Position numbers and translations under genes: made by a program. A DNA stretch of 64,000 bases from Spirochaetia bacterium. Lineage in GTDB: Bacteria > Spirochaetota > Spirochaetia > SZUA-6 > Bin103. This document shows positions 59,716-64,000 of the stretch, one piece after another; the first letter of the stretch is position 1, and every line of letters starts with the position of its first letter. Location: assembly GCA_965208575.1 (NCBI GenBank), contig CBDBOV010000004.1, forward strand, positions 832,001-896,000, written 5' to 3'. The notes beneath the pieces were generated by a model that was not told the origin of the DNA, ran no database searches, and saw only the letters and a list, made by a program, of their open reading frames with translations.

Positions 59716-61257
59716 GTGAGCAGCACGCTCCCGATCAACCTCGCCAACCTGCTGCACGGGCGCGGTGTGGAGTCGGCGCGGGTGGAGTTCAAGGCCACCT
59801 GGGATCCGGACACGACCGGGCCGCAGGTGCTCAAGACGATCTGCGCGTTCGCCAACGACTACCACAACCTGAACGGCGGCTACGTGGTCATCGGCGTCGC
59901 CGAACGCGACGGACGTGCCCTCCTGCCGCCGGCCGGTCTTGCGCCCGCCGAGCTGGCGGCGGCGCAGCAGTGGCTGCGCGGCAACTGCAACCGCCTCGAC
60001 CCGCAATACCAACCGCTGCTTTCGCCCGAAGTGGTGAGCGGGCGGCATGTCCTGGTCGTGTGGGCGCCGGCGAGCCAGATTCGCCCGCACCGGGCGCCGG
60101 ACGGCCCGCGCGGACCGCTGCGCTACTGGCTGCGCCTGGGAGCCGATACCGTGGACGCGGAACAGCGGGGTGGACTGCTTCGAGAACTGATCGGGCAGAC
60201 CGCGCGCGTGCCGTGGGACGACCGCCGGGCCGTGGACGCCGGCCTCACCGACCTGCACGAAATGGCGGTCAGGGAGCACCTGCACGAGGTCGGCAGCGGG
60301 CTTACCGAAGAAAACGACGCGGCGGAGATCTACCGCCGCATGGGCATCACCATGCGGGTCAACGACCACGACGTGCCGCGCAACGTCGGACTGCTGTTCT
60401 TCGCGGCCGAACCGGCACGCTGGTTCCGCGGCGCCTGGATCGATTGCGCGCTGTTCGCCGCCGGCGGCACCGGCGACGTGCAGGAGGAGCAGGAGTTTCG
60501 CGGCGGGCTGGCACGACAGGTGCGCAACTGCCTCCGCTACCTGTACGGGCGCTCGCCGGTCCACATGCGCAAGGTGCCGGACCGGATCGAGGCGCGCCGT
60601 TGGCGGGCATATCCCGAGGTGGCGCTGCGCGAGACCCTGGTCAACGCGCTCTATCACCGCGGCTACGAGCCGGACGTGGTGGAGCCGACCAAAGTGTACC
60701 TGTACCCGGATCGCCTGGAGATCATCAGCTATCCCGGCCCGGCCGCGGGGATCGAACCGGAACACTTCGCGATGCGGTCCCCGTTTCCCACGGTCCCTGC
60801 CCGCAACCGCCGCATCGGCGAATTGCTCAAGGAACTGGGACTCGCCGAGGCACGCCTCACCGGGCTGCGCAAGGTGGCTTCCGCGATGGCCGCCAACGGG
60901 TCCCCGGCGCCGCGCTACGACTTCGATGAAGGCCGCACCTACTTTCGCGTCACGCTGCCCGCCCATCCGCAGTACGCCGCTCTTGCCGCGGTCCGCGACG
61001 CCGCCGAACTGCGCGCCATGGGGGAGGCGGACGCGGCGCACCGTCTAATCGCGTCCGCCTGGGGTTCGAACCGGACCTCCGCGGCGCTGGCGGCCGAGTT
61101 GATCCGATCGCACGCCGGGCGCGGCGAACTGGACCAAGCAGAGCGGGTGCTGGAAGCATTCGCCCGGTACCAGAAGGAGGCAGACCAGGAGGGTGCGGCG
61201 GACCTGCGCGAGGCCTTGGAACTCGTGGAGGCGCTCCGGCGCAGCCGGCGAAACTGA
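59716..61257 (+). CDS. Schlafen/AlbA_2 + HATPase_c_4 protein with helical C-terminus
   Basis: VESARVEFKA, ICAFAND, GGYVVIGV; LRETLVNALYHRGY, ISYPGP, ARNRRIG. Confidence 0.85.
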   Translation: MSSTLPINLANLLHGRGVESARVEFKATWDPDTTGPQVLKTICAFANDYHNLNGGYVVIGVAERDGRALLPPAGLAPAELAAAQQWLRGNCNRLDPQYQPLLSPEVVSGRHVLVVWAPASQIRPHRAPDGPRGPLRYWLRLGADTVDAEQRGGLLRELIGQTARVPWDDRRAVDAGLTDLHEMAVREHLHEVGSGLTEENDAAEIYRRMGITMRVNDHDVPRNVGLLFFAAEPARWFRGAWIDCALFAAGGTGDVQEEQEFRGGLARQVRNCLRYLYGRSPVHMRKVPDRIEARRWRAYPEVALRETLVNALYHRGYEPDVVEPTKVYLYPDRLEIISYPGPAAGIEPEHFAMRSPFPTVPARNRRIGELLKELGLAEARLTGLRKVASAMAANGSPAPRYDFDEGRTYFRVTLPAHPQYAALAAVRDAAELRAMGEADAAHRLIASAWGSNRTSAALAAELIRSHAGRGELDQAERVLEAFARYQKEADQEGAADLREALELVEALRRSRRN

Positions 61258-61452
61258 ATACGGAGTCCAGGCAGCGGTCAAGGCCGCCCAGCCCCCAGCC
61301 TGCCCTCAGCCTGCCCCCAGCCCCAGACGCCCAAGCGCTTGTCCTCGACGCAAGTGGTCACCCGCATCCGCCAGGCTCCGCGCGCGGCCATCGGCAACAC
61401 CGGCGATCCGAGCTTGACCGGCGGCGCGGTCTGTCTCCACGATGCCCGCGTG

Positions 61453-64000
61453 ATGAGCAACCATCGGCTGAAGGAGTCCACCCGCGCGCACTTCACCTAT
61501 CGGGGTGCCGGGCTCAACGAGATTTCGTTTCCGCTCGGGGGTATCGGCACCGGCGCGATCGGGCTGGCCGGCAACGGGCGGCTGATCGACTGGGAGATCT
61601 TCAACCGCCCCAACAAGGGCAGCGTGAACGGCTTCAGCCACTTCGCCGTGAAGGCCGAGCGCGGCGGCGAAGTGGTGGACGCGCGCGTGCTGCACGGCGA
61701 CCTGCCCGGGCCGCTGTCCGGCAGCCTGCGCTCCACGTGGCTGCACAGCTACGGCTTCGGCCCGACGCGCGCCTCGCTCGGCGGCCTGCCGCACTTTTCC
61801 GGCGTGGAGTTCGAGGGCACCTTTCCGGTCGCCACCCTCTCGTTCGTCGACGAGAAGTTTCCCGGCGCCGTCTCCCTGCGCGCCTTCAACCCGTTCATCC
61901 CCGGCAACTCCGACGACTCCAGCATCCCGGCCGCCTGCTTCGAGGTGCAGATAGCCAACACCAGCGACGACGACCTCGACTACACCGTGGCGCTGGCGGT
62001 CACCAACCCCGCCGGACCCGGCAAGTCGGTCAACCACGCGGCGCGCGACGACGCCATTCAGTTTCTCACCCTGGGCACCAGCGGCATCGCCCCCGAGCAC
62101 CCCGGCTACGGCGACCTCACCGCCGCCACCGACTGCCCCGAGGTCAGCTTCCAGGAGTACTGGTTCCGCGGCGCCTGGTTCGACGACCTCACCATCTACT
62201 GGCACGACTTCACCACCCCGGGCGGGTTCGCCAACCGCGGCTACCCGGAGCCGGCCGACGGCGCCGGCGGCGGGTTCGGGCGCGACGATACCGGGGTGCT
62301 GGCGGCGCGCGTCGGCGTGGCCGCCGGGCAGACGCGCAGCGTGCGCTTCGTGCTGGCCTGGAGCTTCCCCAACTGCGTCAACTACTGGCACCCGGTGGGG
62401 GCGGACCAGGAGCAGCGCGACCGGCCGCCGCCGGAGTTCGAGGCCGGCGAGTGGCGCAACTGGTATGCGACCCACTTCGCCGACTCGGCGGCCAGCGCCG
62501 GCTACTGCCTGCGCGAGTGGGAGCGGCTGCAGGGCGTTACCCTGGCGTTCCGCGACGCGCTGTACGCCAGCAGCGTGCCGCCGGCCGTGCTGGACGCCGC
62601 CGCCGCCACCCTGTCGGTGCTCAACAGCCCTACCGTGCTGCGGCTGGAGGATGGCACCTTCTACGGCTTCGAAGGGGTGCGCGTCGACCAGGGCTGCTGC
62701 GAGGGGAGCTGCACCCACGTGTGGAACTACGCCTACGCGCTGCCGTTCCTGTTCCCGGACCTGGAGCGCTCCATGCGCGACGCCGACTTCCGCTACAACG
62801 CCGCCCCCGACGGCGGCATGACGTTCCGGCTGCAACTGCCGCTCGGGCGCGAGCGGCTCGGCTTCCGGCCGTGCGCGGACGGCCAGTTCGGCGGCGTGAT
62901 CAAGGCGTACCGCGAGTGGAAGATCAGCGGCGACTCGGAGTGGCTGCGCAGCCACTGGGAGACGATCAAGCGGAATATCTCGTTCGCCTGGGCGGACAGC
63001 AACCGCGACCGCTGGGACGCGGACCGCGACGGCGTGCTGGAGGGGCGCCAGCACCATACGCTGGACATGGAACTGTTCGGCCCCAACTCCTGGCTGAACG
63101 GCTTCTACCTGGCCGCCCTGGCCGCCGGCGCCGAGATGGCCGACCACTTCGGCGAAGCCGGCACCGCGGCCGAGTACCGGGAGCTGTTCGCGCGCGGCAA
63201 GGAGTGGACCGACCGGAATCTGTTCAACGGCGAGTACTACCAGCAGCAGATCGACCTTGCCGACCGGTCGATCCTGGAGGCGTACGCCGCCGGCGACGAC
63301 AAGGAGACCTACCGCGGCGGGCGCAGCCAGGTAATGAACTACTGGGACGCCGAGCACGGCGAAATCAAGTACCAGGTGGCGGAGGGCTGCGCGATCGACC
63401 AGGTGCTGGCGCAGTGGCACGCCAACATCTGCGGTATCGGCGAGGTGTTCGACCGCGAGCAGACCCGCTCCGCGCTGGCGGCCATCTACCGCCACAACTT
63501 CAAGCGCTCGCTGCGGGAACACTTCAACCCGGCACGCCTGTACGGGCTGGACGACGAGGCGGGCACGGTAATCTGCTCCTACCCGCGCGCCCTGCCGGTG
63601 GTACCGGTGACCTACGCCCAGGAGACCATGCACGGCTTCGAGTACCAGGCCGCTGGCCACCTGATCCAGGAGGGGATGCTGGAGCAGGGGCTGGCGATGG
63701 TGCAGGCGGTGCGCGACCGCTACGACGGCAGCAGGCGCAACCCCTGGAACGAGATCGAGTGCGGCAGCAACTACGCGCGCTCGATGGCCGCGTTCGCGCT
63801 CCTGCTGGCCTGGTCCGGGTTCGAATTCGATGCCGTGCGCGGCCACGTCGGGTTCAGCCCCAAGGTGTCCGACGCGCCGTACACCGCCTTCTGGGCACTC
63901 GCTTCCGGCTGGGGCACCTGCACCCTGGACGTGACCGAGATCCGCCTGCATGCGGAGGCGGGAGAGCTGCGCCTGTCCAGCTTCGCCAGCAACCGTCTGG
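61453..64000 (+). CDS. GH116 family glycoside hydrolase (runs off window)
   Basis: Manual translation: MSNHRLK...ISFPLGGIGTG..., FNPFIPG, FYGFEG...CCEGSCTHVWNY, QHHTLDME, EIECGSNYARSM. Not in the ORF track because it has no stop in the window. Confidence 0.92.
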   Translation, partial: MSNHRLKESTRAHFTYRGAGLNEISFPLGGIGTGAIGLAGNGRLIDWEIFNRPNKGSVNGFSHFAVKAERGGEVVDARVLHGDLPGPLSGSLRSTWLHSYGFGPTRASLGGLPHFSGVEFEGTFPVATLSFVDEKFPGAVSLRAFNPFIPGNSDDSSIPAACFEVQIANTSDDDLDYTVALAVTNPAGPGKSVNHAARDDAIQFLTLGTSGIAPEHPGYGDLTAATDCPEVSFQEYWFRGAWFDDLTIYWHDFTTPGGFANRGYPEPADGAGGGFGRDDTGVLAARVGVAAGQTRSVRFVLAWSFPNCVNYWHPVGADQEQRDRPPPEFEAGEWRNWYATHFADSAASAGYCLREWERLQGVTLAFRDALYASSVPPAVLDAAAATLSVLNSPTVLRLEDGTFYGFEGVRVDQGCCEGSCTHVWNYAYALPFLFPDLERSMRDADFRYNAAPDGGMTFRLQLPLGRERLGFRPCADGQFGGVIKAYREWKISGDSEWLRSHWETIKRNISFAWADSNRDRWDADRDGVLEGRQHHTLDMELFGPNSWLNGFYLAALAAGAEMADHFGEAGTAAEYRELFARGKEWTDRNLFNGEYYQQQIDLADRSILEAYAAGDDKETYRGGRSQVMNYWDAEHGEIKYQVAEGCAIDQVLAQWHANICGIGEVFDREQTRSALAAIYRHNFKRSLREHFNPARLYGLDDEAGTVICSYPRALPVVPVTYAQETMHGFEYQAAGHLIQEGMLEQGLAMVQAVRDRYDGSRRNPWNEIECGSNYARSMAAFALLLAWSGFEFDAVRGHVGFSPKVSDAPYTAFWALASGWGTCTLDVTEIRLHAEAGELRLSSFASNRL

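Noticed and set aside
61283-61330. Short degenerate CCCCAGCC-type repeats
   Set aside because: Low-complexity and irregular; no function supportable.
61306-63951. 881-aa minus-strand ORF
   Set aside because: Antisense shadow of the plus-strand GH116 gene.

Overview
High-GC bacterial chromosome segment, most likely from a Spirochaetota genome. This is inferred from the murC-yicC-cmk-rpoZ-miaA-bS22 and acpS-truA-UDG gene order and an 'LFAG' signal peptide; the FN3/Calx-beta, sulfatase and PhyH content resembles host- or sponge-associated lineages. 1-7.7 kb: housekeeping genes, including a 29-aa bS22-like gene missing from the ORF track, an 8x15-bp tandem repeat and tRNA-Glu. 7.8-9.0 kb: complete ISAs1 with a 10-bp target duplication. 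9-16 kb: DUF3179, LOG, sucCD, TIM-barrel epimerase, HtrA. 16.3-22.8 kb: coproporphyrin-type heme cluster (hemA-chdC-hemE-hemH-hemY) with a divergent HTH regulator. 22.8-25.7 kb: leader peptide and attenuator in front of an ABC-2 exporter. 25.8-36 kb: accessory and scar region (OLD-like ATPase, Schlafen/AlbA_2 protein, vapBC, several gene remnants, kinase + class III PLP enzyme, two HADs). 36-47 kb: FN3/Calx-beta lipoprotein, CBS-korAB-CBS, sulfatase, PhyH, solute-binding protein. 47.5-53 kb: IS1634 interrupted by a 3.6-kb TG...CA four-gene transposon; the IS1634 itself sits between the -35 and -10 of a low-GC mqsR-like(pseudogene)/mqsA/ParA-like ATPase-TPR operon, the best candidate here for an undescribed system. 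56-64 kb: gpgS with a degenerate M20-like partner, DinB, phd-vapC, a second AlbA_2 protein and a GH116 running off the end. All calls come from manual motif recognition; no searches were run.
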